The position numbers and the translations under genes were made by a program. 64,000 nucleotides of DNA from Candidatus Latescibacterota bacterium (GTDB lineage: Bacteria > Latescibacterota > UBA2968 > UBA8231), in assembly GCA_965208105.1 (NCBI GenBank), contig OZ242318.1:576001-640000 (forward strand). The letters are read 5' to 3'. Below, piece after piece: positions 18,435 through 28,083 of this stretch (its first letter is position 1; each line of letters begins with the position of its first letter). The notes beneath the pieces are model-generated. The model ran no database searches and was not told the DNA's origin. It worked only from the letters and a program-made list of their open reading frames with translations.

Positions 18435-19076
18435 TCAAAATTCACCGATGGAGGATTTCACGTCTCCCCAGCTTGTCTGCCTGACATTGGTGGCATCGCC
18501 CACGCGCTGGTATTCGGTGGTCTCTTCAACCCCCTCCTCCGTGAGGGAGGTGATGGACAGGATGTCCCCCTCGATGGCGTAGGTGACCTCGTCGGTGAAC
18601 CCGGAAATAAACTGCTGCTCGTCTATTCCGGCGAGGAAGTCCTCGATGAATTGCATTTCGAAGGCAGGATAGTCCTCCTCCGAAACTCCCAACAAGCCCG
18701 CGGCAATACTGGCCAGGGCGAGGGCGATTTCGGTGAGTACTTCCACGAAGTCGCGGCCGTCGATCAGCATCTCAAACTCGGAGATCTCGACCTGGATCTT
18801 GTCGCCGTTGACCTGGTAGGTCCCGCTGCCCTCGGCGGTGATCTTCTCTACCGCAACCTGGGCGGCTTCCACGGCGGACGTGAAGCCCTCCCCAAGTATG
18901 ATCTCCTGCTCGAGGAGAAAGCCGCCCCCGGCCTGAAAGGTCAGGCGGGTGATCGCCAGGTTGCCCTCCTCGTCTACGAGGTCTCCCTGCCAGATTCCGA
19001 CGAGGGCATCGTCCTGGGCAAAAAGCGGGAGTGATAGGAGAAAAAGTAGCGGGATTGAAGCGAGGATCCTGGACAT
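18435..19076 (-). CDS. Secreted acidic hypothetical protein with C-terminal TSWGDVK tail
   Basis: Signal peptide (…LPLFA-QD) and a lipocalin-like LVGIW start. RBS AAGGA. Confidence 0.75.
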   Translation of the reverse strand: MSRILASIPLLFLLSLPLFAQDDALVGIWQGDLVDEEGNLAITRLTFQAGGGFLLEQEIILGEGFTSAVEAAQVAVEKITAEGSGTYQVNGDKIQVEISEFEMLIDGRDFVEVLTEIALALASIAAGLLGVSEEDYPAFEMQFIEDFLAGIDEQQFISGFTDEVTYAIEGDILSITSLTEEGVEETTEYQRVGDATNVRQTSWGDVKSSIGEF

Positions 19077-19145
19077 GATCAATTCCTTTTTCTTTATGGA
19101 ATAAACCTTGGTGGGAAGCGGAGAACTTGCTCCAAATTTTATCTA

Positions 19146-19181
19146 TGGTACAATGTTATCAATGGGTTATAATTTTGTCAA
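19146..19181. promoter_or_regulatory. Overlapping divergent promoters
   Basis: Minus strand: TTGACA-17-TAACAT (19181-19153). Plus strand: TGGTACAAT (19146) and TATAAT (19168). Confidence 0.55.
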
Positions 19182-19208
19182 GCCGATTCGGATGATGATG
19201 GAGAAACC

Positions 19209-20444
19209 ATGGAACGCCTGATCAGCCTGCTCGGACTCGTGGTGATGGTCGCCCTGGCTTTCGCCATGAGCGCCGACCGCCGCAAGGTGAATCTGCGCCT
19301 GGTGGGGGCCGGCGTGGGCCTGCAATTTCTCCTGGCCCTGCTCGTCCTCAAAACCGCCCCGGGCCAGGCCGTCTTCGGCCACATGGGCGCCTTCTTCACC
19401 GCCTTGCTCAACTACGTGGACGCCGGCTCCGGTTTCGTCTTCGGAGAGGCCTTCGGAGAGCATTTCTTCGCATTCAAGGTACTGCCCACCATCATATTTT
19501 TCTCGGCTTTGACCGCCTTGCTCTACCACCTGGGCATTCTGCAGGTGGTGGTGGCCGCCTTCGCCTGGGTCATGCAGCGCACCCTGCGCACCTCCGGGGC
19601 GGAGAGCCTGGCGGCGGCGGCGAACATCTTCCTGGGTCAGACCGAGGCTCCCCTGGTGGTGCGCCCCTACGTGGCCACCATGACCCGGTCGGAGCTCATG
19701 GCCCTCATGGTGGGCGGCTTCGCAACCATCGCGGGAGCGGTGCTGGCCGCCTTCGTCGGCATGGGCATCGACGCCTCCCATCTTCTGGCAGCCTCGGTGA
19801 TATCCGCACCGGCGGCGCTGATGGCGGCCAAGGTCATGCAGCCGGAGGTGGAGGTCCCCAGGACCCTGGGCACGGTGTCCGTCCCGGTGGAGCGCAGCGC
19901 CACCAACGTGGTGGAAGCCGCGGCCAACGGCACCCTGGACGGCCTGCGCCTGGCCCTCAACGTGGGAGCCATGCTCATCGCCGCCCTGGGACTGATAGCC
20001 CTGCTGGACGGGTGCCTTGGCCTCCTGGGCCGGGGCGCGGGCTACATTCTGGGCGTGGACGGCCTGGAGTGGTCGTTGTCGGCGGCGCTGGGCTATCTCT
20101 TCGCTCCCTTTGCCTGGTTGATGGGAATCGAGGCGGCCGATTGCCTGGCGGCCGGCGAGCTGCTGGGCAAGAAGATGGTGGCCAACGAGTTCGTCTCCTA
20201 TCTCCAGCTGAGCCAGTGGATGGAGCCCGCCTCGGAGGTCGAGCTGAGCCCGCGCTCGGTGGTCATCCTCACCTATGCCCTGTGCGGCTTCGCCAACTTC
20301 AGCAGCATCGGCATTCAGATAGGCGGCATCGGCGGCATCGCACCCGAGCGCCGCGGCGAACTGGCGCGGCTTGGTTTCCGCGCCATGCTGGGCGGCACCC
20401 TGGCCTGCTTCATGACCGCCTGCGTGGCGGGGATCCTGCTCTAG
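19209..20444 (+). CDS. nupC: CNT-family nucleoside transporter
   Basis: FAFKVLPTIIFFS, NIFLGQTEAPL, GGFATIAG, NEFVSY and LCGFANFSSIGI motifs. Confidence 0.92.
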   Translation: MERLISLLGLVVMVALAFAMSADRRKVNLRLVGAGVGLQFLLALLVLKTAPGQAVFGHMGAFFTALLNYVDAGSGFVFGEAFGEHFFAFKVLPTIIFFSALTALLYHLGILQVVVAAFAWVMQRTLRTSGAESLAAAANIFLGQTEAPLVVRPYVATMTRSELMALMVGGFATIAGAVLAAFVGMGIDASHLLAASVISAPAALMAAKVMQPEVEVPRTLGTVSVPVERSATNVVEAAANGTLDGLRLALNVGAMLIAALGLIALLDGCLGLLGRGAGYILGVDGLEWSLSAALGYLFAPFAWLMGIEAADCLAAGELLGKKMVANEFVSYLQLSQWMEPASEVELSPRSVVILTYALCGFANFSSIGIQIGGIGGIAPERRGELARLGFRAMLGGTLACFMTACVAGILL

Positions 20445-20473
20445 CAGCCCGGATGGACTTTTCAACGGGCTGC
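20441..20473. repeat. Stop-anchored mini inverted repeat, family 2 remnant
   Basis: CTAG-CAGCCCG…TTTTCAACGGGCTGC starts on the nupC TAG and resembles 40981-41001. Confidence 0.5.
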
Positions 20474-20595
20474 CAAGTTCCCGTCTGTGGCGGTGTTTCA
20501 AACTGCCCCGGGGCCATTCAGACTGCCGATTACAGCAGAACTCCCAGCTGGGCAATGCCTGTCGGCGAGACCTCCGCAGGGCCCGGCAGTATATC

Positions 20596-20624
20596 TTGAC
20601 ACCCCAGATTTCAATTATTATCGT
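20596..20624 (+). promoter_or_regulatory. Putative sigma70 promoter
   Basis: TTGACA-17-TATCGT, 58 nt before ATG 20683. Confidence 0.6.
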
Positions 20625-20682
20625 GAGAGCGATTCAGCAGTCGACGCCGACCTCCCGGCGCCGGATTTGCGGGGAGACATCC

Positions 20683-23655
20683 ATGTGGCCTTCACCATCC
20701 ATCCCTCGAAACGTCCTGCTGGCCGTTGCCCTGTTCGCCCCTGTCCTTGAGGCCCAGGAAAGTTCCCCCAACCTTGGGCCTCCCCAGGTCCTTCCCTCCC
20801 CGCACCTGTTCCTGCGCACCGAGTGGCGGACTTACCGCAATTTCTCCTTCCAGAATTTTACCCAGTATCCCAACCACACCCAGCCCTTCGACGTCGCTCC
20901 AAGGGCCTACTACAACTCGATGGGCAACTACCTGATCACCGGCTATCCCCTCTACGAATGGCTGGAAACCCGCGCCCCTGAGCAGCAGTGGGGCAGCTCC
21001 ATATTCAAGGACGTGGGATTTCAGTACAATACCAGCAGCCCATGGATTACCGTTTTCGACAACGTGGTGCTCGCCCGCGACGGATATGGCGGCTGGGGCT
21101 ATACCGCCATGGTGGGAGACGCGCTGATCGCCCGCTTCTCTCCCCTGACCCTGTCAAAGGCGAACTTCAACGGCATGAGGGTGGACATATCCACTCCCTA
21201 CCTCAAATTCACCGCCCTGGGATCGAGGGTCGAACGGCCCCACTCCTACCTCCACACCGTCCCTGCCGGCGGCTGGTTCTTCGACGACAAGTTCTATCTG
21301 GCCGACAACTCCACCTTGCTGGCGGGCAGCCGGCTGCAGATCGACCTGGGTGTTCTGAACCTCGGCCTGAACTGGGTCAACCACCACCTCTACCAGAGCG
21401 CAAGTCCCGGCAACAGCCTCAAGGGGCGGCTGCGCCCGGACCAGCCCCTGATAGACTGGATCGTAGTGCGCTTTTCCGACGATTCGCCCGAGGATGGCAT
21501 GGGCGGGGCCGTGGTCCAGGAGGTGCGCCTCATCGTCAACGGCGAGGTCAGAGACGACCTGAGGCCGCAGGCGGTGCGGAACCACCGGGGCATTACCCCG
21601 CAGGTGGGCCGGTTTTCGCGGGCAACGGGAGAATTCCGCACCGCCAACTACGTCAAGCCCACCAGCGACCCTGGCTTCGAGGGCAACACCTACTACCGGG
21701 ACCGCGAGATTCCACTCTTCGCCGACTACCTCTACCGCCTTGACCATGAGGCCGCCATCGACGTGAGCGGCGACACCAACCTGGACGGGTTGGTGTCGTC
21801 CTTTTCGGTGGAATCGCCTTTGAACGTCCTTCGCGCCGACGGGGAAGAGCAGTTGGCATTTCTCTTCGATTTGTCCGGAGAGCCCCAGGTGGACTCGGTG
21901 GAGATGGAAGCCCTGCTCGCCAACGATTACCGGGTGGAGGTGGCCTTCCTGTACCCCTTCGACCCGCGCGCCAATACCTATCACGCCAGGTACATCAGCT
22001 CCTACTACTCCACGGTGCTGCAGGCCAGCGGCAACGTGCAGGACCTGTCCAACCAGAGACGGGTGCGGGTGAAATTCGGGGAAAACACGGGGCAGTTCGT
22101 CTACAGCGCCGACGTGAACCTGCGCCTGGCCGGCCTCGAAGTCCACGGCGAGTACGCGCGCTCGAGCCTCTACTCGCGCTATCCCGCTCAAGCCGCGGGG
22201 ATTCCCCAGCTGGATGCGGGACCGCGCTTCAGCGACCGAGGTGCGGCCTACTTCCTCAATGCGACGCGCTGGTTCGGCGGCGCCCGGGTGGGGGGCGAGT
22301 TCTTTTCGATCAACCCCGGGTTCAGCACCGAGATGCGCAACTACCTGGCCTGGGACGACTACATGTGGCTGACCCACTTTGCCGGGCTGACCAACCGCAC
22401 CATCTACTGGCAGTTGGTGGACGACAACGATGACGGGGACCGCTACCCGGACCGCAGGGTCGGCAACCTGCCCGGCCTTCTCAACGACACCAAGGCCTAC
22501 GACATAGACGGGGTCTTCCTGGGCCAGGACGAGAACAACGACGGCACCCCCGAGATCAACCGCAACCTCAACCTGCTTCCCGACTACGAAGAGCCCTTCC
22601 TGATGTACGACGTCGAGCCCAACGACTACGTATACGGGCTCGACCGCAACAACAACGACGAGCCGGACCAGCGCGAGGACGACGGCGACGTCGACTATCC
22701 CTACGACTACGACCAGCGCGGCTTTCACCTCTTCGGACAGTGGTCCCTGACGCGGCGCTGGTTGCTGGCGGTGGGCCGCTACGACGTCGATCAGATCGCC
22801 AGGGAGGGGAGCAACAATTCGACCTATCTCCTGCTGACCTATGATCGCACCGGGGTGGCCCGCCTGCGCCGGCTGTTTTTCGAGAACCACCTGCGGCGGG
22901 TGCGGGACGACATAGCCGACGAGTTCGTGACCATCAACGAAAGACCCATTCGCGACGGCAATTTCGGCCACCGCGGGCTCACCTTTCACTACCTCCGCGC
23001 ATGGGAGACCCGCCCGCCGCGCTTCAGGAGCAGTTTCCGCCGCGACCCCGTTCGCTACCGCGACAGCTACGTCAACGAGACCTACTTCGAGAGCCGGCTG
23101 CGGCCCCGGCGCGGGCTCCACCTGGTGCAGAAGGTGCGCCTGCGGCTCAACTGGCAGCAGGGCGGCCAGGTGCGGCCGGGAATCTTCCAGCGCAGCCGCC
23201 GGCTGGACTTCTGGACCGTGGTCAGCCAGGTGGGCTACACCCGGCACTGGGGCAGGCTCAGCGCCACTGCCCAGTACAAGTTCATGTTCCTGCGCCTGCA
23301 GGACCAGGAACGGGGACGCGCCCTCCACTACGAAACCCGCTCGATACCAATCCTGCGCTTCTCCTATCCTCTCATGAGCCGGACGTCGATCCAGGCGGGA
23401 GTCCAGGGCATGGGACCGCTTTCCTATCGGCTCAAGGACAGGGTAGCCGGCCGCGACAGCTTCGAGCAGCACACCTCCTTCCTCACCATGACCAACCGCT
23501 CCCGGTACTTCGGCTACGAAATCGTGACCATCGCCGGGGTCTACAAGGACAGAAGGAAGTTCGACAAGGCCTTTCAGACCTTCCACAGCTTCGACGCCCT
23601 GTCGTACTTCGTGCGCGGCGTCGTGGGCTTCTCCGAGTTCGGCCGAATGATCTAG
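20683..23655 (+). CDS. Large secreted or outer-membrane hypothetical protein with Asp-rich Ca-binding-like repeats
   Basis: GGGGAG RBS, signal peptide, DDNDDGDRYPD/DENNDGTP/DRNNNDEPD motifs and a beta-strand-like C-terminus. Confidence 0.8.
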   Translation: MWPSPSIPRNVLLAVALFAPVLEAQESSPNLGPPQVLPSPHLFLRTEWRTYRNFSFQNFTQYPNHTQPFDVAPRAYYNSMGNYLITGYPLYEWLETRAPEQQWGSSIFKDVGFQYNTSSPWITVFDNVVLARDGYGGWGYTAMVGDALIARFSPLTLSKANFNGMRVDISTPYLKFTALGSRVERPHSYLHTVPAGGWFFDDKFYLADNSTLLAGSRLQIDLGVLNLGLNWVNHHLYQSASPGNSLKGRLRPDQPLIDWIVVRFSDDSPEDGMGGAVVQEVRLIVNGEVRDDLRPQAVRNHRGITPQVGRFSRATGEFRTANYVKPTSDPGFEGNTYYRDREIPLFADYLYRLDHEAAIDVSGDTNLDGLVSSFSVESPLNVLRADGEEQLAFLFDLSGEPQVDSVEMEALLANDYRVEVAFLYPFDPRANTYHARYISSYYSTVLQASGNVQDLSNQRRVRVKFGENTGQFVYSADVNLRLAGLEVHGEYARSSLYSRYPAQAAGIPQLDAGPRFSDRGAAYFLNATRWFGGARVGGEFFSINPGFSTEMRNYLAWDDYMWLTHFAGLTNRTIYWQLVDDNDDGDRYPDRRVGNLPGLLNDTKAYDIDGVFLGQDENNDGTPEINRNLNLLPDYEEPFLMYDVEPNDYVYGLDRNNNDEPDQREDDGDVDYPYDYDQRGFHLFGQWSLTRRWLLAVGRYDVDQIAREGSNNSTYLLLTYDRTGVARLRRLFFENHLRRVRDDIADEFVTINERPIRDGNFGHRGLTFHYLRAWETRPPRFRSSFRRDPVRYRDSYVNETYFESRLRPRRGLHLVQKVRLRLNWQQGGQVRPGIFQRSRRLDFWTVVSQVGYTRHWGRLSATAQYKFMFLRLQDQERGRALHYETRSIPILRFSYPLMSRTSIQAGVQGMGPLSYRLKDRVAGRDSFEQHTSFLTMTNRSRYFGYEIVTIAGVYKDRRKFDKAFQTFHSFDALSYFVRGVVGFSEFGRMI

Positions 23656-23675
23656 ACCGCCACAGGGGAATTGAT

Positions 23676-24485
23676 ATGGGCAACAGATTGCAGGGCAGGA
23701 CCGCCATAGTCACCGGCGCCGGATCGTGCGGTCCCGGGTGGGGCAACGGAAAAGCCGCCGCGGTCCTCTACGCCAGGGAGGGAGCCAGGGTCTTCGCCGT
23801 CGATATCGACACCGATGCCGCCCGGGAAACCAGCAGCATCATCGCCTCGGAAGGCGGCGACTGCACCGTTCATTCCTGCGACGTGTCCAAGGGTGATGAA
23901 GTGCAGGCAATGGTCCAGGCATGTGCCGATCGCTACGGCAGCATCGATGTCCTTCACAACAACGTCGGCATCATCGATGTGGGTGGGGTCGTCGAAACCA
24001 GCGAAGGCAGCTGGGACCGGGTCGTCCAGGTCAACCTGAAGAGCATATTTTTGACCTGCAAGCACGCCATCCCCCACATGGAATCCCAGGGCAAGGGGTC
24101 CATCGTCAACATCGCCTCCACCGTGGGGATCCGCTGGCACGGAGTTCCCTATATTTCCTATTCCTCGACCAAGGCAGCCATCATCCAGTTCACCAAGGCC
24201 ACGGCCATGCAATATGCGGCCAGGAATATTCGCTGCAACGCCGTCCTTCCCGGGTTCATCAACACCCCCTTCGTGCACAAGTCCCTGGCAGAGTTCTATT
24301 CCGCCGGCGACATCGAAAAAATGATCGCCATCAGGGACCGGCAGTGTCCCATGGGGAAGATGGGGGAAGCCTGGGACGTGGCCTACGCCGCGCTGTTTCT
24401 GGCATCGGACGAATCCAAGTACGTGACCGGGGCGGAACTGGTGGTGGACGGCGGCCTGACCTGTTCGACATCCGAGCCCAAATAG
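23676..24485 (+). CDS. Short-chain dehydrogenase/reductase
   Basis: TGAGS..GWGNG, NNVG, YSSTK and VVDGG motifs. Confidence 0.9.
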   Translation: MGNRLQGRTAIVTGAGSCGPGWGNGKAAAVLYAREGARVFAVDIDTDAARETSSIIASEGGDCTVHSCDVSKGDEVQAMVQACADRYGSIDVLHNNVGIIDVGGVVETSEGSWDRVVQVNLKSIFLTCKHAIPHMESQGKGSIVNIASTVGIRWHGVPYISYSSTKAAIIQFTKATAMQYAARNIRCNAVLPGFINTPFVHKSLAEFYSAGDIEKMIAIRDRQCPMGKMGEAWDVAYAALFLASDESKYVTGAELVVDGGLTCSTSEPK

Positions 24486-24527
24486 CCGCTGCGGCGTCAG
24501 TCCCCGTGGCCGCATGAAGGAGAGTCA

Positions 24528-26078
24528 ATGGCATTCGACTGCATCATCCGCAACGCGGCCATCGTCGACGGCAGCGGCGACCGCGCCCCCTATGCCGGAG
24601 ACGTGGCCGTGGACGGCGACAAGATCGGTGCCGTGGGCTCCCTGGACGGTGCCCAGGCCGGGACGACCATCGACGCCGGCGGCCGTGCCATCAGCCCCGG
24701 CTTCATCGACGCCCACATTCACTCGGAGATTCCCCTGCTGGGAGGGCGCGACCAGCTGGCGGCCCTGTACCAGGGGGTCACCACCCATTTCCTTGCTCCC
24801 GACGGATTCGGCTGGGCACCCCTGAGCCGCGCCCGCGCCCGGGAGATGTGGCGCAACACCCAGTTCGCCTATCCCGAGGACAAGGGGCTCAGCCTCGACT
24901 GGTCCTCTCCCGAGGAATACCTGAGCATATTTCCCGGCAACACCCCGGCCAACGTCTATCCCCAGGTCCCCCACTGCGCCGTGCGCCTGGGGGCCATGGG
25001 CTGGGACCCCCGCCCGGCTACTGATGGGGAGCTGGCGACCATGGCAGCGACCACGAGGCAGTGGCTGGAGGCCGGCGCCGGCGTCCTCTGCCTCGGTCTC
25101 GACTACCAGCCCAGTGCCAACGCCGACCTGCGCGAGCTGGTGGAGCTGTCCAAGATTGCCGCCTCCTACGGCGCCCTATACGCCGCCCACCTGCGCTACC
25201 AGATCCTCGGCCGTCGCCGTGCCTGGGAGGAGATCATCGAGATATCGCGGCAAGCCCGGATTCCGGTCCACGTCTCACACGAACGAGTGGACGACGAGAG
25301 CGAGGAGATACTCGCCCGCGTAGACCAGGAGGACGTGGACCTGAGCTTCGAGTCCTATCTCTACCCCGCGGGCATGACCCACATGCTGATGCAACTTCCA
25401 ATGGACTTCCAGGCCGGAACCCCGGACGAGGTCCTGCACAGACTCAGGCAGCCGCAGACCCGCCGGGAATCGCTGCCCTATTTGAAGGATAATCTGGGGC
25501 CCCTGGGCAACCAGATCGTCGGCTACACTCCTTCCGGGCGCCATATCGGCATGACAATCGCCGACGCGGCGGAGAGCCTCGGTAAATCGTGGGAAGAGTT
25601 CGTCTACGATCTCATCGTCGAGGAGGATGGGGTGGAAACCTTCGTGTGCCGCTGGCATACTCCCGACCACCATAACCAGGCCACCATCGAACGCACCGCG
25701 GTTCATCCGCGCATGATGATCGCCAGCGACGGGATCTACGACATTCCCCACCCCCATCCCCGGGGCTACGGCTGTTTCGCCCGGGTTCTCCGGCGCTTCG
25801 TGCGCCAGCGCAGGCTTCTGTCGCTGCAGAAGGCGGTCTACAAGATGTCGGGCTATCCCGCCAGGCGCTTCGGCCTCGCCGACCGGGGCCGCATCGCCGA
25901 GGGCATGGCCGCAGACCTGGTCCTCTTCGACCCCGATACGGTGGCCGACCGCTCCACCTGGGACGAGCCGCTGCGGCGCGCCGTCGGCGTCGACCGGGTT
26001 ATGGTCAACGGCACCTGGGTGATCGAGCGCGGCGAGTGGACCGGCCGGCTGCCGGGCCGGGTGCTGCGCCGTTCCTGA
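24528..26078 (+). CDS. N-acyl-D-amino acid deacylase family amidohydrolase
   Basis: PGFIDAHIHS, HPRGYGCF, GMAADLVLFDP and PGRVLR motifs. Confidence 0.88.
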   Translation: MAFDCIIRNAAIVDGSGDRAPYAGDVAVDGDKIGAVGSLDGAQAGTTIDAGGRAISPGFIDAHIHSEIPLLGGRDQLAALYQGVTTHFLAPDGFGWAPLSRARAREMWRNTQFAYPEDKGLSLDWSSPEEYLSIFPGNTPANVYPQVPHCAVRLGAMGWDPRPATDGELATMAATTRQWLEAGAGVLCLGLDYQPSANADLRELVELSKIAASYGALYAAHLRYQILGRRRAWEEIIEISRQARIPVHVSHERVDDESEEILARVDQEDVDLSFESYLYPAGMTHMLMQLPMDFQAGTPDEVLHRLRQPQTRRESLPYLKDNLGPLGNQIVGYTPSGRHIGMTIADAAESLGKSWEEFVYDLIVEEDGVETFVCRWHTPDHHNQATIERTAVHPRMMIASDGIYDIPHPHPRGYGCFARVLRRFVRQRRLLSLQKAVYKMSGYPARRFGLADRGRIAEGMAADLVLFDPDTVADRSTWDEPLRRAVGVDRVMVNGTWVIERGEWTGRLPGRVLRRS

Positions 26079-26095
26079 CCAGCTGGAATTGCCTT

Positions 26096-26566
26096 ATGGA
26101 CAACGCCGTTTTTCCCGCCATAGTTGATCTCCTCGACCGGCACTCGGTCTCCTACCGCCAGCTACAGCACGCCCCCACCTCGACCTCGGCAGAGTCCGCC
26201 GAGGCCAGGGGGGAAGACCTTGCGGTGGGCGGCAAAGCCCTTGTGCTCAAGGTGGATGATCGCTTCAGTCTCTTCGTCCTCAGCGCCGCCCTCAAGGTAG
26301 ATTCGGCCAAAATCAAGAGGTTCTTCGGCGCACGCCGGCTGCAGTTCGCCACTCCCGAGGAGTTGTTCCAACTCACCGGGCTCGTCCCCGGAGCCGTGCC
26401 CCCTTTCGGCGATCCAATCACTCCCTTCGAACTATACGTGGATCCTTCCATCGGGCAAAACGAGAGAATCGCCTTCAACGCCGGCTCTCTCACCGACTCC
26501 CTCGTCATGCAGGCTCGGGAGTACCTCGATCTCGCCGGTGCCACCATGTTCGAATTTTCCAAGTAG
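26096..26566 (+). CDS. YbaK/ProXp-family aminoacyl-tRNA trans-editing protein
   Basis: GKALVLK, GAVPPFG and FNAG motifs. Confidence 0.85.
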   Translation: MDNAVFPAIVDLLDRHSVSYRQLQHAPTSTSAESAEARGEDLAVGGKALVLKVDDRFSLFVLSAALKVDSAKIKRFFGARRLQFATPEELFQLTGLVPGAVPPFGDPITPFELYVDPSIGQNERIAFNAGSLTDSLVMQAREYLDLAGATMFEFSK

Positions 26567-26576
26567 AAGGAGACCC

Positions 26577-27224
26577 ATGAAGGAGATAATGCCGGGGGTA
26601 TTTCAGTGGAGGGTGGTCTGGCCCGGGGTGTGGTCGCTGGAGTCCTACTGGCTACGCACCGAGTCCGGCAGCGTAGTCATCGACCCTCTCGAGGGCGGAG
26701 GCGCCAGTGCCATCGAAAGCGCCGGTGATGTCCGCGCCATCGTGCTGACCGTCGGCTGGCACGAGCGCGCCGCCCGCCTCTTCGCCACCCGCACCGGGGC
26801 GCCGGTCTTCCTTCCCGCCGCGGACATCTGCATGATCGAAGACCTGGAATCCTGGGAACCCTACGGGGCCGGCGACCAACTGCCTTGCGGGCTGGAGGCC
26901 ATAGCGGTTCCCGGACTCACCCGCGGCGAACATGCCCTGCTCTCACACCTCCACGACGGCACCCTCCTGGTCGGGGACGCCCTGGGCACTACCGCCAAGT
27001 GGGCGCCGGGCGGCATTCCCCTCGGCGCCCATCCCAACGGGCATCCACGGCCCTGGGAAACCCTGTCTCACCTGCTCGACCGGGACTTCGACAACCTTCT
27101 GCCGGGACATGGCGACGCCATAGTGGGAGGGGCGAAGGACAGGCTCCGGGAGATGTTCGAAGCCCGGCGCAGCACCTCCACCGCTCCGCCCAGGGTCTCC
27201 TACTTTCCCCTGAAGCCCGTGTAG
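26577..27224 (+). CDS. Divergent MBL-fold protein
   Basis: VVIDP, degenerate TVGWHER, LLVGDAL and LLPGHG. AAGGAG RBS. Confidence 0.7.
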   Translation: MKEIMPGVFQWRVVWPGVWSLESYWLRTESGSVVIDPLEGGGASAIESAGDVRAIVLTVGWHERAARLFATRTGAPVFLPAADICMIEDLESWEPYGAGDQLPCGLEAIAVPGLTRGEHALLSHLHDGTLLVGDALGTTAKWAPGGIPLGAHPNGHPRPWETLSHLLDRDFDNLLPGHGDAIVGGAKDRLREMFEARRSTSTAPPRVSYFPLKPV

Positions 27225-27246
27225 GTCGCCGCCGGGGGATGGCCCC

Positions 27247-28083
27247 TCAGGCGATTATCCTATGTTTTCCTGAATACAGGTTGCAGCCGCGGCCGCGCAG
27301 AAATCCCACCAGGGTCATGCCCGCCTCCCGCGCCATGTCCACGGCCAGGCTCGAGGGTGCGGACACGGCGGCCACCATGGGGATGCCTGCTACCAGGGCC
27401 TTCTGCACGATCTCGAAGCTGGTGCGCCCGCTGACCATGAGGATGGAGCGCGCCGGAGGCGTCCGGTTTTTGAGTATGAACGACCCCACCACCTTGTCCA
27501 CCGCATTGTGCCGTCCCACGTCCTCGCGCAGCACCAGCAACTTGCCGCGGGGATCGAAGAGCGCGGCGGCGTGCAGGGATCCGGTCTGCTCGAAAACCGC
27601 CTGGGCCGCGCGCAGCTTCTCGTCGAGGCCATAGAGCACCTCCAGCTCGACCTGAAAATCCGCCTCCAGGCGAGGAGCCCGGGTCCATATGGCCTCGATG
27701 CTGGCCTTGCCGCAGACTCCGCAACTGGACGAAGCATAAAAATTGCGCTTCAGTTGGCCGCGATCGAAATTCACCCCGGAGGCCAGGCGCACCTCGACGA
27801 TGTTTTCCAGGTTGGGCGGTTGCGCCGCGCTGCAGTAGGAGATGGTGCCGATGTCGCCGGGAGCGCGGATCAACCCCTCGGTGTAGAGAAATCCGGCAGC
27901 CAGGTCGAAGTCGTCCCGCGGTGTGCGCATGACCACCGCGATGGCCTCCTGGTCCAGGCGGATCTCCAGGGGCTCCTCCACCGTGACCTGGTCCTGGCGC
28001 TCCCGCTCCTGGCGATCCTTGTAGCGCACGATGGACTGGGGGAGCAGCCGTCTCTGGCGCCCGGTTGCAGATTCGTCGCTCAT
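27247..28083 (-). CDS. fdhD: Formate dehydrogenase accessory sulfurtransferase
   Basis: EEPLEI, MRTP, SSCGVCG, EDVGRHNAVDK and SAPSSLAV motifs. Confidence 0.93.
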   Translation of the reverse strand: MSDESATGRQRRLLPQSIVRYKDRQERERQDQVTVEEPLEIRLDQEAIAVVMRTPRDDFDLAAGFLYTEGLIRAPGDIGTISYCSAAQPPNLENIVEVRLASGVNFDRGQLKRNFYASSSCGVCGKASIEAIWTRAPRLEADFQVELEVLYGLDEKLRAAQAVFEQTGSLHAAALFDPRGKLLVLREDVGRHNAVDKVVGSFILKNRTPPARSILMVSGRTSFEIVQKALVAGIPMVAAVSAPSSLAVDMAREAGMTLVGFLRGRGCNLYSGKHRIIA

